In this document: piece after piece, positions 9,431-18,500 of the stretch | Numbering within the stretch: the stretch's first letter is position 1 | Layout of the letters: every line of letters starts with the position of its first letter | Virus record (IMG/VR): IMGVR_UViG_3300032053_000008 | Length of the DNA: 64,000 bases | Strand: one strand, 5' to 3' | Origin: a virus | Made by a program: the position numbers and the translations under genes | Notes under the pieces: generated by a model | Told to the model about the DNA's origin: nothing | Seen by the model: the letters and a program-made list of their open reading frames with translations, nothing else | Database searches by the model: none

Positions 9431-10026
9431 TACTTTGGCCCTTTTTGCATAGGACGATTAAACCCTAAAACAGTTGTGGAAGGTAAAAAACAAAACTCTG
9501 GCATACCAATATGGTCTACTAGACCGTATTTTTTAGCTTGCATAGGAGTCATAAAAAGATCTACGTTGCCTTGACCTTTTATTAATTCTTTCCATTCATC
9601 TGCACTAAGTTTGGTATCTTCACCTAGCTGTTTAATCATCTTTTTATTAAGGTTATCTAGCATTTTAGCTGAATTTTGAAATTCAGCGTTTTTACCCCCT
9701 ATTTCACTTAGGGAAACTTCATGAACCATAAAATCTGATTCATGGGTAGCAAAACGATATCCAGCAGAACCGGAAGAGGCTAAAAGAGCACCGCAAGACA
9801 TTGCTTTACCTACTACAACAGTTGCTACAGGTTTAGAGGCTCTTTTAATAAGAGATCTCATTGCTTGGCAATTATGATATTGTCCGCCGTAACTATTTAT
9901 AAATATAGTGATTTCATTAGAGTCTGAAAAGAACTCTAAAGCATAAAAATGCTGGTAAAACTTTTCTACATCCTCATCTTCAAATTCATTTACCCAAATA
10001 TAAGGCAGAACGTCTGGGGATGTCAT
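9430..10026 (-). CDS. clpP: ClpP-family serine protease (copy 2)
   Basis: INSYGG, AMSCG (Ser), MVHE (His), DLFMTPMQAKKYGLVD (Asp); GGAG RBS. Confidence 0.9.
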   Translation of the reverse strand: MTSPDVLPYIWVNEFEDEDVEKFYQHFYALEFFSDSNEITIFINSYGGQYHNCQAMRSLIKRASKPVATVVVGKAMSCGALLASSGSAGYRFATHESDFMVHEVSLSEIGGKNAEFQNSAKMLDNLNKKMIKQLGEDTKLSADEWKELIKGQGNVDLFMTPMQAKKYGLVDHIGMPEFCFLPSTTVLGFNRPMQKGPK

Positions 10027-10034
10027 AAAAACTC

Positions 10035-10829
10035 CTAGTCCAGTGATACTGGTTCACCTATGGTAATATTAGGGTCTGATTCGTCTTTTTGTGGGATTTT
10101 AACAATAATTTCGGTATGTTGGTGCTCTTTAAGAGTTCTTTTTAAGAGACCTTCTACAGTTTTCTTTAGCTTAGCCTCAGAAGGGGATTGCTTAAGGTGC
10201 TCTTGACGTTTTTTCCTTAAATTGCCGCGCTTTACGGCTGGAACTAAGTCATCAGCTAAACCTAGATTCACTGCATCTTGGGCTGACATCCAGGCGTCTC
10301 TACCTGAACTAAGGAGTTGTTTATAGAATTTTTCATCCATGATAGAATTGTCAGCATAAAACTTACACATCTTGTCGTGTAACAGGTCGCCTTCAATCAT
10401 ATCAATCTTATTGTTGGTATATTTGTCTTGCATAAACGAGCTGTGTTCATGCAGCATTATTCTGGTGTTTGGATACAAATACCTTTCATCACACGCAACC
10501 ATCAAAAGACTGGCAGCAGAACATATCCAGCCGCCGCCATAGAACTTGATTTGACAACTAGAGGCCAAGATAAAGTCAATAAGATAAAAGGCATCGGCGG
10601 TACTTCCACCGCTAGAGTTCATGTACAAAGAAATTGGGGCTTTGGGGCTATCATGGATCATCCTGTTCATGCCACGTATAGCTGTTTCCACAGTTTTGGA
10701 ATTAAATGAAGTAAAGTCGTCTTCGTCAATATTGTCAGGGGAAATACCAAAATGAATAATACGATTTTTAGTGTCTATTCCATAGACTAGAAAGTCATCT
10801 ATTGCTGTCTTTTCTTTCTGTGTCGCCAT
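10035..10829 (-). CDS. clpP: ClpP-family serine protease (copy 1) with a charged C-terminal extension
   Basis: MNSSGG, ICSAA (Ser), IMLHE (His), DAWMSAQDAVNLGLAD (Asp). Confidence 0.9.
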   Translation of the reverse strand: MATQKEKTAIDDFLVYGIDTKNRIIHFGISPDNIDEDDFTSFNSKTVETAIRGMNRMIHDSPKAPISLYMNSSGGSTADAFYLIDFILASSCQIKFYGGGWICSAASLLMVACDERYLYPNTRIMLHEHSSFMQDKYTNNKIDMIEGDLLHDKMCKFYADNSIMDEKFYKQLLSSGRDAWMSAQDAVNLGLADDLVPAVKRGNLRKKRQEHLKQSPSEAKLKKTVEGLLKRTLKEHQHTEIIVKIPQKDESDPNITIGEPVSLD

Positions 10830-11169
10830 TAGAATAAACCTTTACCTTAACGGATGTTTCATCTAGCTTGTATGGACTAAGCAACCCGTAACTAAAACAT
10901 TCTATCCGATTCATTCCAGTTAGGCAAGAATCTTTGTTCGTAATAGACTTAAGCGATTGATTATAATAGGTAAAGTATACCGGCTGGTCTGTGTCTATTT
11001 CAAGCTTAAAAGAAACATCCTTAGATATCCAACACTTAAGGTTTTGGTCAAACACCGAACATACACCTATAATCTTGTTTGACTGACATTCCTTTAGTGG
11101 GTATAGTGTATTCGAGTCGGCATAAGCCGATGGTAGATCTACATCAAAGAAAAAGGTAGCTACGTCCAT
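10795..11169 (-). CDS. Hypothetical protein
   Basis: Start moved to MDVATFF (11169, AGGTG upstream); the longer track version overlaps the divergent promoter. Confidence 0.5.
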   Translation of the reverse strand: MDVATFFFDVDLPSAYADSNTLYPLKECQSNKIIGVCSVFDQNLKCWISKDVSFKLEIDTDQPVYFTYYNQSLKSITNKDSCLTGMNRIECFSYGLLSPYKLDETSVKVKVYSNGDTERKDSNR

Positions 11170-11177
11170 TTTACACC

Positions 11178-11204
11178 TAAAGTTTTTTGCCAAAGTGCCG
11201 ATAA
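11178..11204 (+). promoter_or_regulatory. Sigma-28/FliA-type promoter TAAAGTTT-N11-GCCGATAA
   Basis: Exact match to TAAA-N15-GCCGATAA, 25 nt upstream of the ATG at 11230. Confidence 0.75.
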
Positions 11205-11229
11205 GGATCTTAACACAGCGAGGTACACC

Positions 11230-11403
11230 ATGCAACACCTAAGCAAAAATGATCTTTACCTTTTAGCTAGAATTTTAAAAGCTTTTGAAGATATGGGAGC
11301 TAGCCCTGAGGATCTGGTCAAAGAAGCGGCAAATTTGGCCACAAAGCCAAATCTTATATATGACTGGGCTATTACCCTTGATTTGTGGTGGGAAGCTATA
11401 TGA
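11230..11403 (+). CDS. Small hypothetical protein, 57 aa (MQHLSKNDLYLLARIL...WWEAI)
   Basis: GAGGT RBS; ATGA overlap with the deaminase start; below the ORF-track cutoff. Confidence 0.7.
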   Translation: MQHLSKNDLYLLARILKAFEDMGASPEDLVKEAANLATKPNLIYDWAITLDLWWEAI

Positions 11404-11822
11404 GACCTGATTTCCACAGTATTTATATGGACCTGGCTAAGTCTATAGCTAAAAGATCTACTTGCTGCCGTAAACAAGTAGGTTCGGTTATCACAACAAC
11501 CGATCACCGTAAGGTGCTAGCTGTTGGCTATAATGGAAATGCAACAGGTTTGGCCAATGGATGCGATGATCCCGAAAAGTCCGGTAGCTGCGGATGCCTA
11601 CATGCGGAAAACAACAGCGTTATTAACTGTGATGCCCCAAGAGGGACTGAAAAATACGTTTACGTAACTCTTTTGCCATGTAAGATGTGTGCTAAGACGT
11701 TGATTAACCTGGGCAATATCAAAACCGTGTTTTATTGGGAAGACTACAGAGACAAAACTAGCTTAGATCTCTTTAAGCAAGTTGGAATAGAAGTGATAAA
11801 AATGGGGGACGCAAATGAGTGA
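11400..11822 (+). CDS. dCMP deaminase
   Basis: RSTC..KQVG, GYNG, LHAENN, PCKMC zinc-deaminase motifs; start MRPDF by ATGA coupling. Confidence 0.9.
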   Translation: MRPDFHSIYMDLAKSIAKRSTCCRKQVGSVITTTDHRKVLAVGYNGNATGLANGCDDPEKSGSCGCLHAENNSVINCDAPRGTEKYVYVTLLPCKMCAKTLINLGNIKTVFYWEDYRDKTSLDLFKQVGIEVIKMGDANE

Positions 11823-11991
11823 AGTAATTGAACTGAAAAAGAAAAAAGAAGAAAAAGCTGTGGAAGTTAAGCCTACCGAAGAGCTGTCTTTTGAGGAAGT
11901 AGTCAAAAGAAACAAAGAAAACGCTGAAAGAATGAAAAAAGATCGTGAAAAAGCCAACAAAGGTGTGATCCGCTCTTATCGCCTTAAGTAA
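11815..11991 (+). CDS. Small charged protein, 58 aa (MSEVIELKKKK...KANKGVIRSYRLK)
   Basis: GGGGG RBS-like site, overlaps the deaminase stop, open to TAA at 11989-11991; below the ORF-track cutoff. Confidence 0.75.
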   Translation: MSEVIELKKKKEEKAVEVKPTEELSFEEVVKRNKENAERMKKDREKANKGVIRSYRLK

Positions 11992-12019
11992 AAAGAAACG
12001 GCTACCACGAAGGTAGCCG
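11990..12019 (-). terminator. Intrinsic terminator
   Basis: Minus strand reads CGGCUACC-UUCGU-GGUAGCCG followed by UUUCUUUU. Confidence 0.8.
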
Positions 12020-12059
12020 CCATAAAAGGAGCGTTGATACACCAAGGGGTTAAACCCCT
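11990..12059 (-). ncRNA. Candidate ~70-nt late small RNA with an anti-SD segment
   Basis: Own TAATCTT motif (12064-12070) located after the capsid terminator; 5' hairpin AGGGGU-UUA-ACCCCU; linker GCUCCUUUU; 3' terminator. Confidence 0.5.
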
Positions 12060-12063
12060 AATA

Positions 12064-12070
12064 AAGATTA
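12064..12070 (-). promoter_or_regulatory. Putative late promoter motif TAATCTT
   Basis: Same motif as upstream of four structural units; here it sits between two terminators. Confidence 0.5.
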
Positions 12071-12083
12071 GACTTTTGACAAT

Positions 12084-12113
12084 AAAAAAGGCCGGGGTTT
12101 TAACTCGGCCTTT
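12084..12113 (-). terminator. Intrinsic terminator of the capsid operon
   Basis: Minus strand reads AAAGGCCG...CGGCCUUUUUU, about 20 nt after the MCP stop. Confidence 0.8.
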
Positions 12114-12132
12114 AGCTTATCTGCTGGGCAGA

Positions 12133-13542
12133 TTAGCTCAAGTTTTGGATCAAGACGTTTTTACGTGGCTCATAGCCAGCAAGTGTCAAGAAGCGGAAGT
12201 GAGCTTCTGGGACGCTCAAGTCAGCTACAGCCAGTTTCAAGCGGCTATATGGTGCAAGTTCACCCATACCCCAGGTGTCTTTCTGGACAAGGTGACCAGT
12301 AACGAAGCCTGGGATGCGGTTGCCCAAGTCAACAAACGCAGTCGAAGCTGGTGTGTCGATTTTGACGCGACCGATATACTTAGCGTCAGAACCATCGGTT
12401 TTGAAACCACGGTATACGCTGAAGAACAAAGTGCCAGCGCCTGGGGAAGCGATAGTAAGGGTGATTTTTTGACCAGCAGTAGCAGCTTGGGTTACAGTAG
12501 AGCTACGTGGGGATTCGCCGCGCTCGTTAGAAGCGGTAACGAAGTAAACGTAGGTAGCAGCAGCCAAAGATCCGCCAGCAGCAGCAGCAGCCGTTGGAAC
12601 AACAGGAGCATTAGGGGAACCGATGGATGGACGCAGTGGAGCAGTTTTACCCGACAAGAATCGGCTGTCTTCCAGAGCGATCGTACCATTAGAAACCCAC
12701 TGACGACGAAGGTCAGCACCGGAAGCGTCTTGAGCCGAACCGGCCAAGTGAATACGCTGGATAGAAGCACCGGCATTAGAGCCACCGTTCAAAGCAACAG
12801 CTTTGTTATAACCAGCAAGAACGATTGGGTCAACAAGCAGCAATTCTGCTTTACCCATGTTCATACGGCTACGAACAGCGGAATCTTCAATGATGCCTTG
12901 GCTGAGGGAACCGTTTTGGTTGAGGACAACCGACTGGTTCGAGCCGTAGGAATCAAACATTAAGTCTTGAGTGTTGAGCAAGTAGTCAGATTGCGTAACT
13001 TGGCACTCAACGCCAAGGATGTTTGGCAATTCTGGCATAGCAAGTGGGTTACAGTCAAACACACCAGCATTGCTGAAGTCGGCTTTTCCACGGAAAAGAT
13101 CGAATTCGATGTCGCCAGCCAGTTTCATAGCTGCGTTTTCAGCTTCACGGTCGGAACCGCCTTTGCCGTCAAACGTGTCAACCATGTTAGCTGCAACAGT
13201 TACCCGACGAACGGTCGAGTAAAAGCACATTGGCACAGTTGCTCGGATGTAATCACCCGTGTCAACATCACCAATAGCGCCTTCGCGCATAGCCGTTCCA
13301 CCGAAATGACCGTAGCTTAGCTGACGGTTAAATTGCATCAAAAGTGTTTTGACTTTTTTAGAGCCAAACATTTTTTGCAATTTAATGTGACTGTCATCGA
13401 AAGTCACGTTGTACATAACCGAAGACAGATCTTCGATTTGAAGGGCCGAGCCTTGTACAAGCGTACTAGGAGCAGCATTGTACTGACCAGCCGTCAAGGT
13501 CTTGACGAGTGATTCTAGTTGTTGATTGAGATTGTCAAACAT
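12133..13542 (-). CDS. Major capsid protein (SPO1/Twort-like, with a C-terminal FN3/Ig-like insertion)
   Basis: N-arm LVK|TLTAG...GSALQIEDL, IEFDLFRG, YVYFVTASNERGES, GELAPYSRLKLA; follows portal-protease-scaffold. Confidence 0.92.
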   Translation of the reverse strand: MFDNLNQQLESLVKTLTAGQYNAAPSTLVQGSALQIEDLSSVMYNVTFDDSHIKLQKMFGSKKVKTLLMQFNRQLSYGHFGGTAMREGAIGDVDTGDYIRATVPMCFYSTVRRVTVAANMVDTFDGKGGSDREAENAAMKLAGDIEFDLFRGKADFSNAGVFDCNPLAMPELPNILGVECQVTQSDYLLNTQDLMFDSYGSNQSVVLNQNGSLSQGIIEDSAVRSRMNMGKAELLLVDPIVLAGYNKAVALNGGSNAGASIQRIHLAGSAQDASGADLRRQWVSNGTIALEDSRFLSGKTAPLRPSIGSPNAPVVPTAAAAAGGSLAAATYVYFVTASNERGESPRSSTVTQAATAGQKITLTIASPGAGTLFFSVYRGFKTDGSDAKYIGRVKIDTPASTAFVDLGNRIPGFVTGHLVQKDTWGMGELAPYSRLKLAVADLSVPEAHFRFLTLAGYEPRKNVLIQNLS

Positions 13543-14450
13543 TATTTTTTACTCCTAAGTATTTCGATTACTTTGTCTTTGCCTGCATAATTCAAAATGT
13601 AGTTATTAACGAGATCACGTTCTGATTTGTTCAGTGTACCCGATCGGCACACGTCATTCAGACTAGCTTTCAAAGCTTCATCCGACATTTCAGCAAAGTT
13701 TGGCTGAGCTGCAGCTTGCGCGGCAGGAGCTTCGCTTTTTGAGATGTACTGGATTTCAGAAGTGATTGCTTTTCTTACTGGTTGGGCAAGAATTTTAACC
13801 GCTTGCAGAGCTTTATCAAGGCCAGCTTTGAGTTCGTCATTGCTTTTCTTTAAGTCTGCAACTTCCTTGGCCAAACCATTGGTTTCTGATTTTTTCATAG
13901 CTGGTGAACTCATTTCACCGCATTTGTCCATTTCTTCTTTAGCTATCCCAGCCTTAATTTGGCCGCCGTTTGCTTCAGGAGCTTTTTCGGCTTTGGAGTA
14001 TTGCTGCTGGAGCAATCCACGGATAACCATATAGTGGCGCTCTAGCTCTTCTGGAGCCATAGAGCTATACACTTGCTGAAGTTCTTCATCAGACAAATTC
14101 TGGTCTTGAGCAGGATCTTGGCCTTCTTGACCTGGTTCCTGTTGTTCTTGACCTGGCTGTTCTTGTCCTTCTTGACCTTCAGCTCCTTCTGCCATTCCTT
14201 CACCAGCTTCTGGCGCTTCTTGTACTGAAGCTTGATCTTCAGCACCAGCAGCGGCTGGAGCTTGGGCTCCAGCATCAGCGGCGGGGGCGGCAGGTGCAGC
14301 TGGGGCCGGGGCAGCAGCAGCTTGGTCGGCTGGAGCTTCCTGGTCGTCGCCAAAACCCTTAGACAGATCTTCAGACTTTTTCATGGCTTCAGCAAAAGCT
14401 GAGTCAAGGTCTGCAAGAAGATCGTCCAGGCTCACCTGTACGTTTTTCAT
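13542..14450 (-). CDS. Putative capsid scaffold/core protein
   Basis: Immediately upstream of the MCP; acidic, Ala/Gln-rich and coiled-coil; many KS/KA motifs; AAGGAG RBS. Confidence 0.7.
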   Translation of the reverse strand: MKNVQVSLDDLLADLDSAFAEAMKKSEDLSKGFGDDQEAPADQAAAAPAPAAPAAPAADAGAQAPAAAGAEDQASVQEAPEAGEGMAEGAEGQEGQEQPGQEQQEPGQEGQDPAQDQNLSDEELQQVYSSMAPEELERHYMVIRGLLQQQYSKAEKAPEANGGQIKAGIAKEEMDKCGEMSSPAMKKSETNGLAKEVADLKKSNDELKAGLDKALQAVKILAQPVRKAITSEIQYISKSEAPAAQAAAQPNFAEMSDEALKASLNDVCRSGTLNKSERDLVNNYILNYAGKDKVIEILRSKK

Positions 14451-14468
14451 GCTACGCGCTCCTTAAAC

Positions 14469-14936
14469 TTACATTTGTTGTGTAAGTGGGTTGATATAAT
14501 CGCTTGGGATAGTAGCATCAAGTGTAGGTGTCAAGGCCAACACAGCAGCAAAATCAGCAGCAGACTCAACGCCTGTAGCCGAATACATTTGAATTTTTGT
14601 TCCAAGTTGGCCGATAGCAGCCAAAACTTGGCCAGCCAAAGCAGCTTGAGCAGCGCTAGAAGTAGCAAAGGCTTCTTGGTAGAATTTGCAAACGTGTGGG
14701 GTGTACACAGTTTGTGGCATGCCTAAAGAATTGACAGTGCCTTGAGCTTCACTTTGAGCAAAGTCTGTTTCGATCAACAGCCACTCAAAAGCGCCAGTCG
14801 TGCCAAGCTGAAGAACCGGGAAGCCTTTAGCATCCAAGGTAGCGCTAGCAACAGGAACGCCGGTCAATTTAAGACGAACAGCCAAGTCACGAGACATCGC
14901 TTTGGCTTTGTCTACTACGTAAGTTTCAAGTGCCAT
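14469..14936 (-). CDS. Probable abundant head protein (decoration-like), first gene of the capsid operon
   Basis: Start moved to MALETY (14936) with GGAG RBS; co-oriented with scaffold and MCP. Confidence 0.55.
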   Translation of the reverse strand: MALETYVVDKAKAMSRDLAVRLKLTGVPVASATLDAKGFPVLQLGTTGAFEWLLIETDFAQSEAQGTVNSLGMPQTVYTPHVCKFYQEAFATSSAAQAALAGQVLAAIGQLGTKIQMYSATGVESAADFAAVLALTPTLDATIPSDYINPLTQQM

Positions 14937-14976
14937 TTTTTTACTCCGTAAAATGGTTATATAGAAAAACGAATAA

Positions 14977-15012
14977 AAGCTTTCCATACGGCATAACGCC
15001 AATAGAAAGCTT
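14977..15012 (-). promoter_or_regulatory. Long stem-loop in the capsid-operon leader
   Basis: AAGCUUUC...GAAAGCUU arms extended by further pairs (UAU/AUG, UGGC/GCCG). Confidence 0.5.
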
Positions 15013-15065
15013 AGGTTATTTTTTTTATTTTGATGAAAAAGCTATATAAGACTATGATTTTACTG

Positions 15066-15536
15066 TTAAAAAGACCATCTATATTGATCAATTACTAAGT
15101 CAGGTGATGTACTTAATCCGGCTGCAAACACATGACTAGCTGGGTTATTTTGGCTTTTAGCTATTTTCATATCTACAGGACTGAGGCCACGTCTCTTGGC
15201 CCATGACAAAGCCGCCTTTTTTACGTCTTCAGGTACATCTGCTCCAAATTCCATTTTAACTACGCCATTTTTATGGGTAGTTACTCCCATCTCATTTTTA
15301 GCTAAAGGTGCGTTTTCTGTAAGTCTTTTTACTAAAAGATCTCTAAATTCTTGATATATTTCATGTTTTTTTGCTGGTTCTAAAGTATTGATTTTAGTTG
15401 ACATTAAATGTTTCATCCAGGCATGAAACTTTGATTTAAGCTTTGGGGGGAGGTTGGTTACTCCAGCGTGACCTTTTGATCCTGCTTTACCTGTCCAAGC
15501 TTTAACTAGTTCCATACTCAAGCTATCTATATCCAT
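15066..15536 (-). CDS. Hypothetical head-associated protein
   Basis: GAGGTG RBS and TAATCTT motif; LVKA, LAKN and IAKS motifs. Confidence 0.6.
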   Translation of the reverse strand: MDIDSLSMELVKAWTGKAGSKGHAGVTNLPPKLKSKFHAWMKHLMSTKINTLEPAKKHEIYQEFRDLLVKRLTENAPLAKNEMGVTTHKNGVVKMEFGADVPEDVKKAALSWAKRRGLSPVDMKIAKSQNNPASHVFAAGLSTSPDLVIDQYRWSF

Positions 15537-15554
15537 TAAGCACCTCTTAAGGGT

Positions 15555-15561
15555 AAGATTA
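15555..15561 (-). promoter_or_regulatory. Putative late promoter motif TAATCTT
   Basis: Exact 14-mer shared with 4938-4951. Confidence 0.6.
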
Positions 15562-18500
15562 AGTAACTGGCTTTTTCCACATCATAAGACTGTTCTTACC
15601 AAACGGTCTTTTACTAACTTTTTTGGCCGTACCGCTGTCAAAATTCTTTAGCTTATGGTAGTCGGTCTTAGTCCAGCCATTTTCTGGTGGATAGTGGATG
15701 TACATATGCTGCAGCCATTGCGGGTAAGGCTTAGGGTCATTCATACCAGACATATAAGCTCTAACATCGTGTCCATGCATATACAAACCTTTGACACCGG
15801 CCTTTTTGGCTGTGTCATTAACGGCTTGGTGCGCGGCATCTAACCACCCAGAAGTTAAGTCTTGGATTTTTTTAGCATATTTGCCAAACTCTTCTATTGA
15901 GTAACTTTTACCGTTTATTACAATAGATTTATGGCCTTTTTTGGCTATATCATCCAGCTCTTTTCTTAGACCAGCCGAAAAGTCTGATTGAGTCTCTTCA
16001 ATTAGCCAGTTTTCTGGATCTGATGTATCCACCCTAGCCCAACCTACTGTATAAGGACCATTAGGGTGATCGCTGTATCTGCCAGATTCATTTATGTAGT
16101 CGTAAACGTTCTTTAGGTCTTTGTCTTCAATAATAGCTTTTTGGAGTTTTTCGTTAGCATTAACCTGAACTACTAAATTGTTTTGGTCAGAGTGTCTTTG
16201 GGCTCCATCCCATTTAGTGTAAGTAACTTTGTAATTGTCCTGGTTATTAACTATAGCTTTGTTGACTAGCTCTGGAGTCATTGTGTGCTTTGGTGATGCC
16301 AAAAAAGCGTCTTGTATCTTTTTGTTGTTGGCTAACTTAGGAGCAGTCCGTTTAAAAGTGCCCCAATCCATACCTTCAGGTGGAATGATGGAACTAAGCT
16401 CCTGGAACAGGTGCCCCGTCTTAGATGCATTTACCGACGAAACAGTTGGTTGCCCTTTGATGTTTAGATTTTTTGTGTCAGGTATCCTTGGAGTAAGGTC
16501 GTTAAACATGTTGAGGCCATGAGGAACAACATTAAAAACTGGGCTCCACTCTTTTCCAACTTCAAAAACATGGTCATAGGTTGGATTGTTTCTCAGTCTG
16601 GTCCTTAAATAGTCAAATTCTGTTTTTGTCAATTTAGGGTTTTGGATAAGTGTATGGGTGTCATAGCTACGGTCAAAAAGGTCAGCTATAGATTGTTTGG
16701 ACAGCTTATCGGATATTACTAAATCTTTTAAATTTACATCAGGGATATCGTAAAGGTTCTTATGGAAAAAAGCTTCCGATTCTGGTGAATCTTTTACAAA
16801 TTTATAAGTTGACGGGTCAAGATCGCTTAGATGCTCTGCTTGAAACTGTGGGCTACCGCCACCAGCCTGAACTATATCATCAATAGCTTCCGGAAGCTGA
16901 TCGATTTGTTTATCTGTTAAGTGAGGGGCTATTCCCTTCAAAGATCCAGTATAAAGATGTCCTACCGTTTTACTTCTTAGAGTTTTAGCCCATTGAACCC
17001 ATTTGTCTATAGCTTCCGAGATATGACTTGGGTCCATTTTTCTGACTACATCGGAAACATGTGACATCATTTCATTAGCTTCTGATGCACTCATGTCTAT
17101 GCCACTAATAACATCAGGTATGGGCATGTTGTCTGGATGAATCTTTTGGTGTCTTAGCAAAAACATACCGTTTGGTTCACTAGCCATCTTACGATGGACA
17201 GACGGACTAAACTCTGCATTTGATGCAAATTTTATATTAAAATCGGGATCATAGTGATTTTTTGTAGCTTCTAGAAGTTTATCGGTATTAGGACCTGTCA
17301 ATTTCACATCATTGAGTTCTAGTTCTCTGTCAAAAATGTTTTCGTAAATTTCATCCGATATGCCGTCATTTCGGATATGATCGGCAATATGACCCAGAAG
17401 ATCGTTAGATGTCTGAGCGTTTGTTTGGCTTTGTTTACCATTACCAGACTTTTGCAGATACTGGAAAAGGTAGTCCATGCTTTGGTCATACAAAAGTCTT
17501 TGTCTTTTATCTTTGTCGTTTACCATTTGGGAAACAACATGGTCCATAACTGTTCCCTGATTAGCTTTTTCATCTGAGGCGCTATTGATAAGTCTGGTTA
17601 AACTTCCTGCGTCAAGTTTGGAGTTAAGATGACTAGCTAGTTTGGTAGAATACTCTGGACCCATTTTGTCAGCATTTTGTTTAAGCAATGGATGAATATC
17701 GTCCCACTGCATTAGGTCTGCAGGCAAAATGTCTATGGTTTTGTCTACTAATTGGGCAAAACCGTCTTTACTTAGTTTAGAATAGCCAGAGTGGATTACA
17801 CTAAGAGCCTGATTAGCGTTGTTTATATGAGGTATCAACTTAATGGCCAAAGAAGGGTTAATGTTTTTAGCTATAGGGCTGTTGTTATTAATTTCCTGAA
17901 AAATATCATTAAGTTGGCCAAATTGTTTTTCGTTAGCATTGGCAGCTTGGCTTGAACCTAGCAACTTAGATGCAGCAAAAGACTCCAATTCACTCTTATT
18001 GGGCAAACCTGTACCTTCCGAAGAACCTAAAAGGCGACTGGTTACATCCAGGGAAGTAGAATAAGACTTACCGGTAATTTCCCCAGGCTTGTTCATAATA
18101 GCTTCGGCGGTGTCTTCTGGGTTCATTTTGCCGCTAGTATGAAGCATAGACAAAGCTTTAGACCACTGGTCATCATCAGACATTACATTAAGAAATGACT
18201 TAAGCTGAACCGAGTTTGATTTTTTCTTTGTTTCAAGTATCTTAGGGATATCTTTGACAAATTTTGCTTGAGCTTCTGGCGAGGCAGTTCCATCTGGAGT
18301 GTGGCTAGCCATTTTGGCTGCTGTGCCATAGTCTCCTAGTTCTAGTGCTTTGTCGGTCATATGACTAAAAACCGGTCCTTTGGATGCTTCTGGCAATTTG
18401 TCTACTATATTAGCCACTAAGCTGATTTTCTTAGGGTGTTTTGCTATAAATTGGTTAATAGCATCCATAGCAACAGCATGGTGCTTTTGTTCTGAATAGT

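Noticed and set aside
12034-12963. 309-aa plus-strand ORF antisense to the MCP, preceded by AAAAGGAG
   Set aside because: The SD is only 2 nt from a TTG, the ORF crosses a terminator hairpin and shadows the codon-biased MCP; the AAAAGGAG is better read as the anti-SD of a minus-strand RNA
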